NCBI GenBank assembly: GCA_904063045.1
Contig: CAJFCJ010000006.1
Coordinates: 186,001-250,000, forward strand
Origin: Dimorphilus gyrociliatus
Lineage: Eukaryota > Animalia > Annelida
Length of the DNA: 64,000 nt
Direction of reading: 5' to 3'
Shown: one piece after another, positions 41,894 to 56,253 of the stretch
Layout: the number at the start of each line of letters is the position of its first letter
How positions within the stretch are numbered: position 1 is the first letter of the stretch
Translations under genes and position numbers: made by a program
The notes under the pieces: generated by a model
Told to the model about the DNA's origin: nothing
Database searches by the model: none
The model's input: only the letters and a program-made list of their open reading frames with translations

Positions 41894-44800
41894 TTAGCTT
41901 AAAAGAGACGCATCATTAATATGGAAGAGAAGATAAGACTAACGCCAGCAAATACAGCCGATGCACCTGAAAACGAGTAAACGTCAAATTAAACAAACAG
42001 CTATCGAAAACTTACCGTTTGGTTGCTCAGTTGTCGAATTGTAAGGCAAACCGAGAATCTTCAATTGATCCTTGGATAGATCCTTCCTTGCTTTTTCAGA
42101 AATAGCAAGTGCTTGCTGTCTGCTGAAGAAGCCTAATTGGGAATTAGTGAGTGTCTTCAACACAGATCCAGGCAGATGTTGAACACCGCTCTCAGTCCAG
42201 CTCTCTATGTGTTTGCCTTCAACCTGTTTAAAGAAAGCGATATAATATATATTTTACTTTTGAAAACTTAATAACTGACTGATTTCATGTCGTCGCTCTC
42301 CAATCCTCCAATGATAACGCCTGCTTGTGCATGCTTTCCAGCGTTCCAATCTTTAACTTGTCCGAAAGCATTAGCTGTCTTCAATACATCTGCAAGGGCC
42401 TTCAATTGATCGTAAGGTACCCATTTGAGATCACCGATTGTTGGAGTCTCCTTCAAGGCGCTTCCTTTAATTTTTGAGATCTGAGCAGTGGTCAATCCAC
42501 CAACAATATGTGCCATTGTTGTTAAGAGAGTGGAGTCTAAGGTGGAAGTGTCTGTAATTTGTCTCTTGTTCAAAAATGCTTTTGCTAAAGCTTGAAGTTG
42601 TTCTGGAGAGAATTTAGAAAGACTTCCCAACTCTTGAACAACGGCATCAACATCCATTTTCAGACAGCTCAATTTATCAACACTTAGACCATATGAAATT
42701 GATCCTATTCTTGCTTGATCTTCAGCGTCCTTGCTGCAAGGATCTCCTAATTTGTTAACCAAGGCTTTCAACTGATCTTCACTCCATCTTCTGGCGTTTC
42801 CACCCAAAAAGTCTAAGCAATCGGAGAAGACTGCATCATCCAATTGGGACAATTTATCGGAGCTCAATTGTTCCACAGCTGAACCCATAGCTCTAAGATT
42901 ATCGCAAGTTAAAGATGGAGTTGCTCTCTTCTTTCTCGCGATAGTGGTGGAAATTTCAGTTTCAACACTTGTTACAACCATAGTTCTGACCTACATTTTA
43001 AGTTTTAAATAATATTTTAGTGAGAAATTGAAAAGGAAATGCAAAAAAATAAACCTTTAATTTGAATGAAGTCATATAAGTTCGGTCTTCAGCATCAAAA
43101 TCTCTTTCGCAACAGACCATGTCGTTCTCTTCGTCATCTGATGAATCTGTTTCGATATCTGAAAGAGTTTGTTGAACGTTGTCTACAAGACTCGATCTTA
43201 TATTTTTGATGAGTCCTGGATCGAATTCGGCCAAAAATGAGCCATATTTAGTGATATCGCTCTCAGTGAATAGTTTGGATCCTCTTTTGCTGATTAATTT
43301 CTTGATAATATAACTTCTAGCTTTCTTATTCAAGCAGCTCTTTCTGAACAATTGAGCTTTATTGTCAATGACTGTTTCATCAAGCTTTTCCAAGAGATCT
43401 TGACTGTAGGGCAAGAGGGAACCTAAAAATGAGGCTTCCTCATCAGAGATTTTTCCATCGTCATCAGCATCTAAATAATTGAAGCAGGTGTTTGCAATTG
43501 CTGCTCGTTGTTCTGCAGACAAGCAACATTGAAGTCTTGTCGTCGATCCTATCTTTTTACAGACAGCTTTCCTAACATTAGAATGCATGTCTTCCAAGTC
43601 TGAGGTAGCAAAGAAAGCCAAGCATATAGGGCTAAATTTTTCAACATCCGTCAATGTCAGTGAACTCCATGGGTTATCTTTATTCTGTTGTTGTAAAGCC
43701 TCCATCAAAGTTGTTCTGATGGCTTTGGCCTGCTTACAGTTCCATCCCGCTTCATTGCATAATTCGATAATAACCTTTAAGCGCTTAGATTTATCAAGTA
43801 ATGATATTGAAGTAGAATCAATTCCCAGCAGAAGTTTAATGTTTTTCCTAGGAAGTAATAGAGATATAAGCGATAACGTTGAATAATATAAATAAACAAT
43901 AATATATATTACTTGACATCTTCGTAGTTTAGAACTGGCTTATATTTAAACAATTTTTCGGTTACATATCGTCTCTGAAATGATAAATGATATCAAATTA
44001 GGTCTATAGCGAATGACTAGAGAGATTTTCATATTTGTACTTACTAAATGGAACGATTTGATCGTTTGTTTAAGAGTTCGTAATTTTGAAAAACTAGCTT
44101 CCGTATTGGTGAAAACTGAATCGAAATCTCTAATATTAATATTCCTTGATATATGACGGCTAGAAAGGAATTTTACAACTGTTGTTGCGTCACTTGACTG
44201 AGTAAATCGGCTTGTAAATGCTTTAATTGAACCCCGATTTCCGTACGAAGATGCAACGATTAATTGATCAATTCTTTGAACTAGAACAGTTTTACTAGTG
44301 GATATGAAGGTCTTGGGACTGACATCGAAAGCCGCATTTCCGATTCTAGCGAGAATTGTATCGTCGTATGTAGTGACATCACTGTAACACTTTCGTGCTA
44401 TATAATTTTCGTATGGTTCAGAAAACTTTCCTAGTTTACTGAAAATTGGTTTGAAATGATCTAACACGCCACTATCGCAGATAACATTCTTCTTTATCTT
44501 CTTAAATTGAGTGAAAGATATAGCAATAATGGCGTAATTCAATTCTTTAACTTCGATTATTGTAAATTCGCTGGTTATCTTTCTCTTGCCATTGAATTTT
44601 GGCCAACATTTAGAGAGTATATTAGCCATATAAGTCCATCCAACGGAGAAAGGATCAACATTTGCGCAAGTGATATGCTTAATGATTTGTTTAGATTTAA
44701 TGCAATATTTCAAAGATCCAATACTGAAAGGAAAATTATCGTTTTATTAAAAAACATTACTTTAATGAATGTTAAACGAAAATTAATTAATTAATCAATT

Positions 44801-45945
44801 ACTTGTCATAGATAGAATTGAAGTTGTTAAGGGCAGCTATTCGCAAGCCAAGCTCCATTCCGCAGCCTCTTTCACAAATTGGACTATATATGGCTGTATC
44901 ATAGTAAGAACCAGGCATAGAACTTTGACCAGGTTTACATTGAAAATCAACATGACCAAATTTTAAAGATACTCTATTGGTTATAATTTGTAGAATCTAT
45001 AATTTGGAAAAGGAAGAAGAAAGGATTTAAAGAAAAAAAGACAGTTATTAAATGATTCAATATGTTTATCTTACGTTTGCATTACTCAATTTATTCGATT
45101 TGCAGTAGTTTCTATGCATATACGGAAAGAATAGATAGGCTAATTTAGCTTCATCCCAATCATTTAAATTCAAATATTCCGCTATTTTATCAGCGATAAA
45201 ATATTTAATTCGACAAGGCATAGTTTTGAATAATCGCCATGAAATCTGCAATTTATAATCAACTGTCTCCTCAACAAGTACTCTAATGATTATCTTCAAG
45301 CTAAAATTCAAAAAATATTCATATTTAATTCATGCATTTATCATGTTGATAAATTAATTTATTGTTATTTATCTTCTTACTATTGGATAATGGTGGTTTT
45401 ACTCTTAATCAAGATAAATAGCTCGTATTTGGTGAATATTAATAATTCATTGCCAGGAATATCTCCAAAACCACACTTTCCAGAATATAATTTAGTAATT
45501 TGTGATGGAACATCGCACTAAATAAAAAAGTAGCGGAGAATGCATTAATAACAGTTGCTCAGGTTGCTATTTTGTTTACGAACATCAGCTTCCTCTTTTA
45601 ATTTTTGTAAGAATGTACATTCATCCTTTTCAGGTACAGAGCATTTGAGGAGGACCATAACGAACGGTTGTAGAAAAGTGTAGGATGACATATGACACGC
45701 TTGGGTAACCGCAGCAGCAAGAGGTAATGGTTTCTCGGTGAGTAGGGAACACTATTTGGGATACATATATTTATTTATCTATTCTTACGTAAGAGTATTA
45801 ATTAAAATATTATCATACATCATACTCCAACTTCAAGAAACAATCGTAAGGTAAATAAGCAGCATTCAATAACTTGATCAAATTTGGACCGTTCTTTAGT
45901 CCTTTTTCTTTAAGGAAAAGCTTCCATGCTTCCTTCAATTCAGTG
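41894..45945 (-). CDS. GPI-anchored otoancorin/mesothelin/stereocilin-superfamily protein (5' end unresolved)
   Basis: Helical Leu/Cys repeats (W....L..LG.L), RKKR furin-like site before TPSLTCDNL, C-terminal GPI-type hydrophobic tail. Exon structure ambiguous at ~44800-45000. Confidence 0.72.
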
Positions 45946-46147
45946 CTACAGAACAATGTATAAGTGAGGCATCATTGAATGAAATATGAATTGAAAAATA
46001 GAAATTATGAATAAAATTATCGATCCAAAACTTTTTGAACAGATAAATTGAAATATTTCACAAAGGAATTTTTTAAATCAGTAATACAGTATCATAGGGA
46101 ATACTATGCCTAACTATTTTCTCCTTGCTTATTTAATAGTAAACAAT

Positions 46148-46672
46148 CTAACTCGATATTAAATCACTATGCAAGATTTTTAAACAAAGTATTAATACTG
46201 TTAGTTTTTTAACTTACGATAATTTTGAAGCTGGGCAATTACAAACAGTTTTGTAGCGTCCTGTAGGTCCCTTTCCTTTACCCGTGTTACCTTTTCCTTT
46301 TCCTTTGGCGGTATGACCCTTTCCTTTTCCAGTTGGGCCCTTGCAGTAGTCTCCCGTAGGACCCTTGGCAGTTGGACCTTTGGCAGTTGGGCCTTTGGCA
46401 GTTGGGCCTTTGGCAGTTGGACCTTTGGCAGTTGGACCTTTTCCTTTTCCAGTCGGACCTTTTCCTTTACCAGTTGGACCTTTTCCTTTACCAGTTGGAC
46501 CCTTAGATTTACCTAATAAGAAGAGTATGACGAACAAGCAACTGTTAAATCTTTCAGCTAACAAAAATAATAAATACAACTAACCCTTTCTAGGTTTGGC
46601 TACATTGTCATCAGCATACAATGTAGCAACGAGAATGATTAGAACAAGGAAACACAGAAGATACAACCTCAT
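46148..46672 (-). CDS. Signal peptide + (GPTGKGK)n/(GPTAK)n Gly/Lys-rich repeat; short secreted peptide or N-terminus of the otoancorin-like protein
   Basis: Exon 1 MRLYLLCFLVLIILVATLYA.., exon 2 repeat ending at GTAAGT donor 46217, short terminal exon 46166-46148. Confidence 0.7.
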
Positions 46673-48251
46673 CTCTGAAGTTCGTCTCGAAGGCAAATGA
46701 AAACGTAATAGCTCAGTTAGTCGTCAAACAAAGGTGTGACTATATGAGAATATGATATTGAATAGATTTCTGTTAAAGCTACAAGATAAAGAAACCAGCG
46801 CCCTAACGCCCAGTTTTAAAATATTCAAACCTGGATCGCGCCATATACGTAAGCAAGAAAATATATGCATATGTATGACTAATAGTAGAATGTTTATTCT
46901 ATTAACATTGACAAAAAGATGTTTGCAAAGTTTATTAACAAAACTTTTGGTAACAAATTCTTTAAATGTTCAAAATGAGAATATTTTTCCCTTTGTAAGG
47001 TCAAACTAAAGAATATAAGAGAAAATAATAAAGTTTTCAGTACGAAAATTCACTTTCAGATGATAATTTTTGTGGCAAAACTGAAGACTAAGAAGGGATT
47101 ATCTTTTGTTTAATCTTAATGTAAAATATTGAAAATTTATAAGATTTAAGCAAAACCATGTGAACCAGTGTTATACTGTATACTATACTAATATATTAGA
47201 GAATATGGGTAATCTAGTTGAGTTCGTGGGGTGGGGCACATAGACTGACAAAAATAGTAATACGTAACAAGCTATAATTGAGTTGATTCAATGTTGATTT
47301 AGTGATGATTGTAATATGTTTAGAAGACTTATGTATATTATTATATACAGTATACAGTATATACTGTTTATATACAAGTATATACTTCATTCTTTCTTAC
47401 TATCATTAGATTTTGCAACAGTCTCTTTAAAAACAATATTATTTATTAGCGTTTAATAAATGTTTATTAAACTCTCCTATCATCAGCCATTCATTCATAG
47501 TACAATTACTTATGATTTTTCGAATAATTGAATATCTTTTTTTAGCCGATATCTTACGTCATCGATCAATATTTTGAAATAATTCTATGCAATAGGTAAA
47601 AAAAGGGACTGGCCAAGTACTTTATATATTATTATATTTCATTCGAAAACTATTTATCCTTTCTTTATTCTTTATAATTTGCATACTGAAAAAGTTTCAT
47701 TTTCTGTTTTTTTTCTTCTATTTGTTTAACTAGAACCAACCATGCTTCGTTGGTTCTAAGAGTATAGGAGTAGGTTACGCCCTTCTACGTCTCCTTGTAG
47801 TTATAGCAAAGATAATCGCTAATTCCCCACCCACGCCGCCCTTATATTTATTTAAAGAAGAGATATATGTAAACAACCGCCTATATATCATTAAAAAATA
47901 ATACCGTCGATATTTTCTGTTAATAGTAAAAAAATTAAAAAGTGACCTGCTCCCATTCCCTCATTTCCACGTTAAATGGTAGGCAGGATATACTGATGTA
48001 AATAACTTATGTTACTCAAGATTTTTTTTATATTTCATATTTCATTGAAAATATGATGAATCATCTTTTACATCAGTAAAAAAGAAATACTTTTTAGTTT
48101 TACTACTTTACCATGAGACCAGTGGTATCTCTAAATTCGTATTACAATTATTACAATTTAACAATTTAACAAATATAAAGTTTTCACAACTTTACAATGA
48201 ATAGGAAAACGATTTTGAACAAAAATAAGTCTATATAATATTTAATCTATA

Positions 48252-51200
48252 CTATCGTCTATATTCCTGATGGCTAGGTGCTGCAATCTCCGAGTTTGTA
48301 TGATGTTTCTCGTCTTTTCGTTTATAATCGCCTATTGGCGCAACAGCTTTAGTTTTTATGTTTTGAAATGTTGCGTTTCGTTGTAAATCCCTAGAGTGTT
48401 TCGAGTCTTCTAAATGAACAGTAGAGTTCCAAATGGACGGGGGACCAGGTAGTCTTCGTCGTTTTGCGGGTACCACGTCTGGAGGTGGGGATTCTCTTTG
48501 CTTTTTTGTAAAGCTTAGCTTTTGAGGAGGGATACGTATAGTTGGCTCAATTTTACTTGGTTGGTCAGTCGGAGGTGATTCAATGGCTTGCCTTTGCTCA
48601 ACGCTTTCTGGTTCCTTCTCATTTCTCCTTGTAATATCAGCATTTGCTTTTATTATATATTTTTTCTTCCAATTTGCAATTTTCTTATTTGAATAATTGA
48701 CATCTTTAAGACTGTCATGAACTTTTTCTTTTGTGACTATTTTGGACCCTACTATTGTTGGAATTGGCGATTGAACTTGATTATTTACTTCCAGTGCCAT
48801 TTCTACTGCTTTTAAAGAGCTTTGTACAATATTCTATAAAAGGAAAGTCTTGTCAGATTTACACTTTAATTGAAACACCACACAAACCTCCAAGGTTGCC
48901 TGATTTCCTCTTTTAACTATATGATGATATTTTGTAAATAAATATTTATATTTATCATATTTCTTTTATAATGAAACAAATTTATAATTACCCGAACAAA
49001 CTTTGTCTCCCGTTTCATCAGGCTAGATGGACAGTTTAAGTTTCATAAATTAACGAGTCATTGCTATATACTGTATTTATAATATAGAGACTTACGTTTA
49101 AAAAATCATTTAATGCATCATGATAATTTACGTAGGCGTAGAGTTGATGGAAAACCATAGTTTTCCTGAATTTACTTACATCTTCATCATCATCAATGAA
49201 AAAACTTCTGAAACAGCTATACTCCATTTTATCCAATGCTTTTTGTACAGATCTATCCAATATAGAAAATAAATTAATAAAAACATTCAATTTACCCATT
49301 TCAAATTTACATATAATATATCAGAGTTTCTTTGATGCTTTCCATAATCTTTTTAGCATTCGTGGTCTTGTCACAATATTTTTCGAGTATGATTTTTCGC
49401 TCAGTTCTTAACTTTTCAACATTATGCGACTTTTGACTAATAGCTAAGCTAAGATATCTACGAATTTCAATTAGTTTGCTCATGTCACTCTCAGGAATTC
49501 TAAAACGAGAGTACAACATGAACGTCGAATCATAGGTGGTCACTGCTTCTCTCTCACTCTCAAGAAGTGCATCATCCTTAAGCCTAGAATACATGTTAGT
49601 TATTTTCATTGGATCAATTTTCTTCAATTCATCTTGTAGCTGTTGAATTCGCAAAAATAAATTACAATTTATTTCTTTTTCTTCACTCTTACCAATGCTA
49701 TCCTTTTATCAAGATTGCAAATTTCTAATATCAACTCACTGCTTTGGGAGGTTATTAGACTCCTCGACTTTTCAAGCAAAGAAGCAAGATTAACTTGCTT
49801 CTTGGCAATTTTTTCCTATTGGAATGTATAATATCTTAGTTAACTACTTTCATTTGTATGTTAAAATTATTACCAATGTAAAATATGAACAGTAATTGAG
49901 TGGAGATATAGTTTTCTGAAAGAAGGAATTAAAATGTTAGTTTAAATTACTAAATTAAGTCTGTTGTGGTAATGTATTTTGTACTGATCTAATGGGATTT
50001 TATAAGAATTTCTAACACTAAAATAATGTACTGTGTTTTTTCTCAATTTGAAATTGGGCTCAGATTTTGAATCAGGTGTTCTGTACTTGAGAATGTGCAG
50101 AGTAAGTACTGTTAATATTTCAATATACTGTATAGCTGAGCAGTGTCAACTGATAGTACTCGCTTCATATTCTGTGACTACTCAGATATTATATATATGC
50201 TGTTTGTGTACATATACAGCAGTTTTAGAATGATTTTTTAGTTTCATAGGCTTAATTTTGTAAACTTGTGGGAAATATGTTTAGGCATTATTTGTAAATA
50301 TCTTCCACCAATTTTCCTATTGAAATACTCTACTAGGTATAAGCATTTGAATATGACAACAATTTCAATTACTTGACGATTTATAAAATCTTCAGCCGAC
50401 TCATCATCTTCTGATATATCCATATCTGTTATGTCATAATTTTCCTCTCCCTGTTTAAATTTGGTCGCCTGAAATTTCTTCCAGACGTTTCTAGCTGCCT
50501 CGTTTTCTTCTTTATTCTCATAATTTTTTTGTTTTGCTTTCAACTCAACCCAATCATTTGATGTACCTTGGGATATTTCATCTGAAGAAACGGGTAATTC
50601 AATAGATAATCGAGGACTATCATCATCGCTGGACTCTTGACTATTTCCCAACCAATCTCCATTATGAGAATTCAAGAAATTTTTCACTGGCTTAGCATTT
50701 TCATGTAACGTATTGCATACGTCATTAGTATCTTGACTTTTGATCACTTGAAAGCCAAACAAATGATTGTCTGGATTTTTCGAACGTAGGCTTTGTTTGA
50801 ACTTTTCTATTGTGTTCGACTTGTTGGATTTGCTTTCGGACATTTTTTCGGAGTCAGCTTCAGGTAGCTCATCTCGTTTTCCTAACAACTCCTGAGCTAA
50901 AGTTCTCTGAGCTTGTAAAACTTTCATTTTATTTTGGTTATCGGCACATTCTTCTTTCTCATCTTTGTTATCATTGGAAAATTTACTACTTTCTATGTGT
51001 GAATAACGAGTAGGTGGTTGTATTTTCGGTTGCCCCAAACCGCTAACGTTGTTTACATCAAGCCAGTCAAAAGCTTCGATTGTAGTATCATTATCAATCT
51101 CAACTGTTTGAGGTTTTAAAACATCCGGTTCGGGTAGCTTTTTATTTTTATCACCTTCGCCGAATAGAACATATTTATAAAAAATTTGAATGGTATCATT

Positions 51201-54027
51201 TTGACGAACAAGAATAGGTTGAACCATTAAATTTCCATTTTCATGCGAATCTTCTAATACAATTTCATTTGATTTTTCGATGTCTCTAATTTCTGGCTTT
51301 TTCTCACAATCGTTTTTAAGAGAAAGACTTCCAGACAGCTTTCTCTGTTTGTCCACCTGATTACTTTTCCAGTCGTTTTTTCTCTTTGGTCTGCTTATAT
51401 CGTTTCTGTATGACTTGGATTTTGAGCTACGGGGGCTTCGACTAGAATGACGTCTTGGCGAACTAGAGTATTTGTCACGATGATATCTTCTATACTTATC
51501 TTCATAGTAAGATCTTCTTTTACCCAATTGATTAAATCGGTTTTTATCGAAGTAATATTGTGAATGATAAGTTTTTTCATCTCTACGACTGCTGTAATCA
51601 CCATCCCTTCTACTTCTCCACGTTGAAGTTGACAATTTCTTTCCGTTATCAGTTGATCTGTACCCTCTTTCTTTCATATTTTCTTGTGTATCCATTTCTG
51701 AAATAATCTTGTTAGTTGAATCTGTATAATTAATATGCCTGTTGCTCATTGCTTGATCGTGATCTAGGTTTTGAAAGTCTTTATTTTCTGCTTGACAATT
51801 GGTACTTTCGTTTTTTTCTTTATTTGACTCAATGAATCTCCTAATCCGAGGATCTCGAGGGAGATTGCTTGAAAATTGTTGATGGTCAGCCTGAATTTTA
51901 AAAGCCAATAATTGCCAAAAATAAGAAGGTATTCCCAAATTACTAACTTCGTTTAAAGTATCCTCCCAAAGAGAAGCAGACTCTACATCATTGCTTAAAG
52001 AATTCTGATTTTGCAAAGTCAGCTTGACAACATACAGAGGCAAAATTTGACGGGGCCAGTCACACGGAATGACGTCAGTCGATTCCTTTAAATCGTAAAC
52101 ATAAACTAATGAGTTTACGATGTCTTTTTGTTCTGTTTTTTTCAAACACAACGAATCAAACTTCGTCGACAACTCTTGTTTTGATTCGTCTAAATCTTCA
52201 ACGTATCGCCTCTTTCCTGTAGCAATCTGCCGATAATATTTAGATAATAATTAAGCTTTGGAAAACATATTGTGCTTGTTAAAGTTGGAGAAATATCGCA
52301 AATAGACAGAAGGGAAGAAATTATGTCGAACAATAAAAGTAACAAAACGAAAGCTAAAATAAAATAGAATCAGTAAAAGCATAGTCTAAAACTGATACAA
52401 TTCCTTTCTGACCTATTTTTGAACCTTAAATCAGCTCGCCCTTTTTATATTAGAAATTGTAGCAGAAAAAAAATTATCTTTCTTCCTACTCTGATCTTTG
52501 AGACTTAAAACAGAAGAAATTTTTATCAGACAAATTTCAGCTTTGAATATAGTCCATGGTTTGTATATACAAACTTTGACGAACGCCAAGATATGCCCAC
52601 TAGACGTAAACTACATGTAGCACAATAGCTTGTGTTAACAGTTACACATTGGAAATATTACATAATCGTACTCAATGTGGAAAGTATCAAATGTTCACCA
52701 AAATTCTATGAATGCCTTGATCAAAAGATATTATAAATTTGAAAACATGTCTTTTCCTCAAAAGAATCTAGCTATAAAGACATTTTTAACCTATTCTATT
52801 TTGTATTTTGTTTAAAGAAACAGAGCCAATAGTCCTTTTCAGAGGTAATATATAACAAAGGTGGATAACAAAGATAGTAAAGTATGAATTTTGTAACAGA
52901 ATTTCGCTACATGTTGAATAAGCAATTAATTTTAAAATGGTTTCTAAAATTTCTAAAAAATAGAAAAGTTAATGATTGCTTCTCCCATTAAACAATTCAT
53001 TCTAAATTACTTAAACTCTCTTTTTGTCAATATAGTTAACAATATGTTCCAACACTATGCAATACCATTCCGTTTTGATTGAGCCCTCAAATACATCTTC
53101 TGTATGGTTTTCCTCAAAGTTTATGATCAAACTTTAAAAGATATTTACATACAGTATATGTCACTTAAAGAAAGATCATATTTTTTTAAATATAAAAGTC
53201 AAGCATAAGTGTCTCTACGATACTAACTTAACTATTTGCTAATATGAGTGTAATAGAAGAAACAGGATGTTTTACAGAATGCAACGAAATAGAATTATTT
53301 ACCTTGCATACCAATACATAACATTCACGGTTTGAGGTAGCTTTTAAAGCCGACTCTAAAGATCTTAACATCGAAATGCCGTTTTCCGCTTTGCCTGGAA
53401 AGAGAAACGAAACGTCGCAAAAATTTAACTGTCTAGTTATCATTTTCAAAAAACAAGATGTGCTGCTATGTTTTTTTTCTTATTGTCTTTTTTATGCTCT
53501 TTACGAATAAAAACAGAGAATAACAAAAACTACATATTTAAATATGAAAAATACCCAGTTTGTTGGCGAAACCACCCAGTTGTTTTTTAGAGTCTTGTAA
53601 CGATACACCCCAATAACAGATTGCTTCTACAAGAGGCTCTGAGTCAGAGAGGTAAAATGTTATTTCTTGATTAACTATTCCAAATAATTTTTTCAGTGAT
53701 TGAGACTTCTGCCTGCATTTAAAAAACTTGTCAGAACCTCCAGTTAAAATGAAAATATTTCACCTGAAACGCTGTTCTATTACAGCATTCTTGCTGGACT
53801 TTATATAATCAACATTCCATTTATTCTCTAACCAATTTTCAAATTCCTTGCTCTTAGAATCGTCTTCAGTTCTCACTATCATTTTCCATACTTTCAGCCA
53901 TTCACTATCACTTTTTTCCAAATTTCTCATTTGATTTATTTTATTGTATTCTTTGTATTAAAAGAAAAGTTAGCTCTGGAAAGTCATATTTAACATAGTT
54001 GTTACCTTTACTTTGGGTTTCCGTCAT
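48252..54027 (-). CDS. DUF3715 pseudo-PARP domain protein (TEX15/TASOR-like) with long disordered region and helical C-terminal part
   Basis: Phase-consistent 5' exons from ATG 54027 through 53394-53303 to large exon ~52230-50373: VEAICYWGV..KLG|KAENGISMLR..VLVCK|IATGK..KFDS..LVYVYD..PRQILPLYVV. Linkage to exons at 50130-48252 less certain. Confidence 0.68.
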
Positions 54028-55499
54028 GTTGTTGTTTAGTTAAAGAATCTAAAACTTTTAAATTGTCTCATGTTAAGATTTCATCTCGTAATAAAACTAC
54101 GCTTTTACAAGACCCCGCAAGACCAGAAACGGAAATAACAAAGTAATATAGTGGGACAGTAATCATCTTCGCAACAATTATTAAAAATAGGTCTCAGAAC
54201 TGGGAACCCTATAGTTTGCCGCATGCTATGTAACAAACTATTCCAAAGGTCATTAATTTTACATTGAATGGCTTATTGAGAGTAGATAAGAAAAGTATTA
54301 CAATCAATATTGATAAATTTGTTAGTAAAACAGTTTGCATAAAAAAATAGAAAACTTTAACATTGATATTAGCGTGCTCTATTCCTCAGTGATATAGGAG
54401 CTGCAGTTACTTCTCTAACTGTTAGTACCATCCTGCTCATTTTCCCTATGTCCAACGCACAAGTAGAACAAAAATTCTTCCACAATACACAATATCTATC
54501 TTCACAGAAATATTAACCAAAGGAATCATATACCTAGTATTTGCCAATAGAGTATATTGAAAAAAAGTCGAAATGTAACAGCCAACTGAATAGTTACTAA
54601 GATGTAGCCATATAAACTGAACAGTTACTGCTACTGACTACGAGTTGCTTTATATAGGTTTGGATATAACAAAGAATAATTTATCTTCTTGTAACATATT
54701 TACTGCCTTTATATCTTATTTGGGCGCTTGAACAGCAAGGTATATTTCGCGGTGCACGTTCGCTAATGAGTATAGTATAGTTGTTCTTAGTTTGCAATGG
54801 ACATTGATGGCATATACCGGAAAATGGCAAAGTGCGTGAACACTATTGTTACAGGGAAGCTTAGTGTGTGCATTGAAGCTGACTTCATGTATCTATCTAT
54901 CCACACTCCAGGCGTAATAAGAATATGATGTTTACTCAGGAGACTTAAACACCAATAAATACCCTAATGGGCAATGTCTCAATGAGATATGGTACTAACA
55001 ACAAAGGACATCAAGCTACAGATGTGTGAACCGGGTGAGTATTCTTGCAGACTAATGAGTCTACTCAAGAGATCTGCATACCAATAAACACCTTAACGTA
55101 CAACTTGTTCAAACAAGACAAGCGTTCTTTTGATAACTAAAACATATATAAAGATGTAGGTATTCGTTGTCAGGGTAGTTGTAACTAGTGTCCTGATGTA
55201 CCGTTCACAACTTAGTAATATTCTTTTTGATGTTGTACTTATTGAATATACCTTATTTGGAGAATATCAGTGTTTCGTTTATACTCTTCGGCGAATATAC
55301 ACTATGTAGGGAAACTGTGGAAAAAGAGCCTAGTTCTACTTGAATAAGAACTCTAGAACGTTGGTAAACGAACGAGATGGATGATATTCTTATATCGTAA
55401 AAAGAAAAGATATCATAACCATTGCTGTTGATCCAGAACGGAGCTTACCCTTTGCGTTTCCTCACAAAACAAATATGGACTAGTATAAAACTACACTCA

Positions 55500-56240
55500 C
55501 GTATAAACATATGAGAGTCAAACTACGAACACGTGCACAATTAGAAGCAATTATAGTACGAATTACAAGTCTACAATTTTTGAAAGGTTAATGCCTAAAC
55601 TTTCTACATTGAATTTATAAACGCTGCATACCTTAACAGATCCAAAAGTATATAGCACGAGTTGCACAGTCAAATGTATGCTTGAGTATGAAGTATTTCG
55701 AGAGGCCATTAGTATGAAAGTACTCAAGCAGTAAGACTATGAAATATATTGAAAAAAAAACTGTACAGAGAGTATTGATACATTTTAGCAATTAATACCT
55801 ATTGTTCTCATAACAAATGGATTAATTACTAAAAAAATAATTGTACTTGGGGGTATTCGGAGAGGAGAATTTGTGATATCATTCCACATTGGATCCTCAA
55901 CTAAAATTATTTTTTCAATGGTCCAAAATACTTGTCCAAGTAAAATTGTTCATTCAGAAATAATGATATAGTAATATTTAGACTTTAGATATAAAATGAA
56001 CTTTGAAAGGCTTTTATTTTATAGGAATTGGAATTATGGAATTTTAGAAAGACTTTCAATTAGTAGAATTGGAATGACAGAACTTTCTATAATAGATAGT
56101 GTTATTATAGAATTGGTAAAAGAACAAAGAACTTTAAAAAAGATAGGTCCAAAATTATTTTTACTTACCACCAGATGTTGACAAGACAGGTGTGCTGTGT
56201 GGCAATACATGTTCACCATGTAGCCTTTGTTTAGGGATTA
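55500..56240 (+). pseudogene. Degenerate LRR-like coding relic, copy 1
   Basis: Stop-interrupted frames with FERLMPKLSTLNL and LERLSISRIGMTEL; 55800-55920 is paralogous to 58656-58775. Confidence 0.3.
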
Positions 56241-56253
56241 TATTTTGGATATA

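Noticed and set aside
46260-46510. GPT repeats as a collagen
   Set aside because: Periods of 5 and 7 residues break Gly-X-Y periodicity.
54790-55100. Degenerate EGF-like fragments and a ~35-bp imperfect repeat pair
   Set aside because: Too decayed to call; could be chance.
55820-55960. VLGGIRRG resembling an IS1595/ISXO2 transposase
   Set aside because: No DDE context; synonymous-change comparison with the 58.7-kb copy favours another frame.
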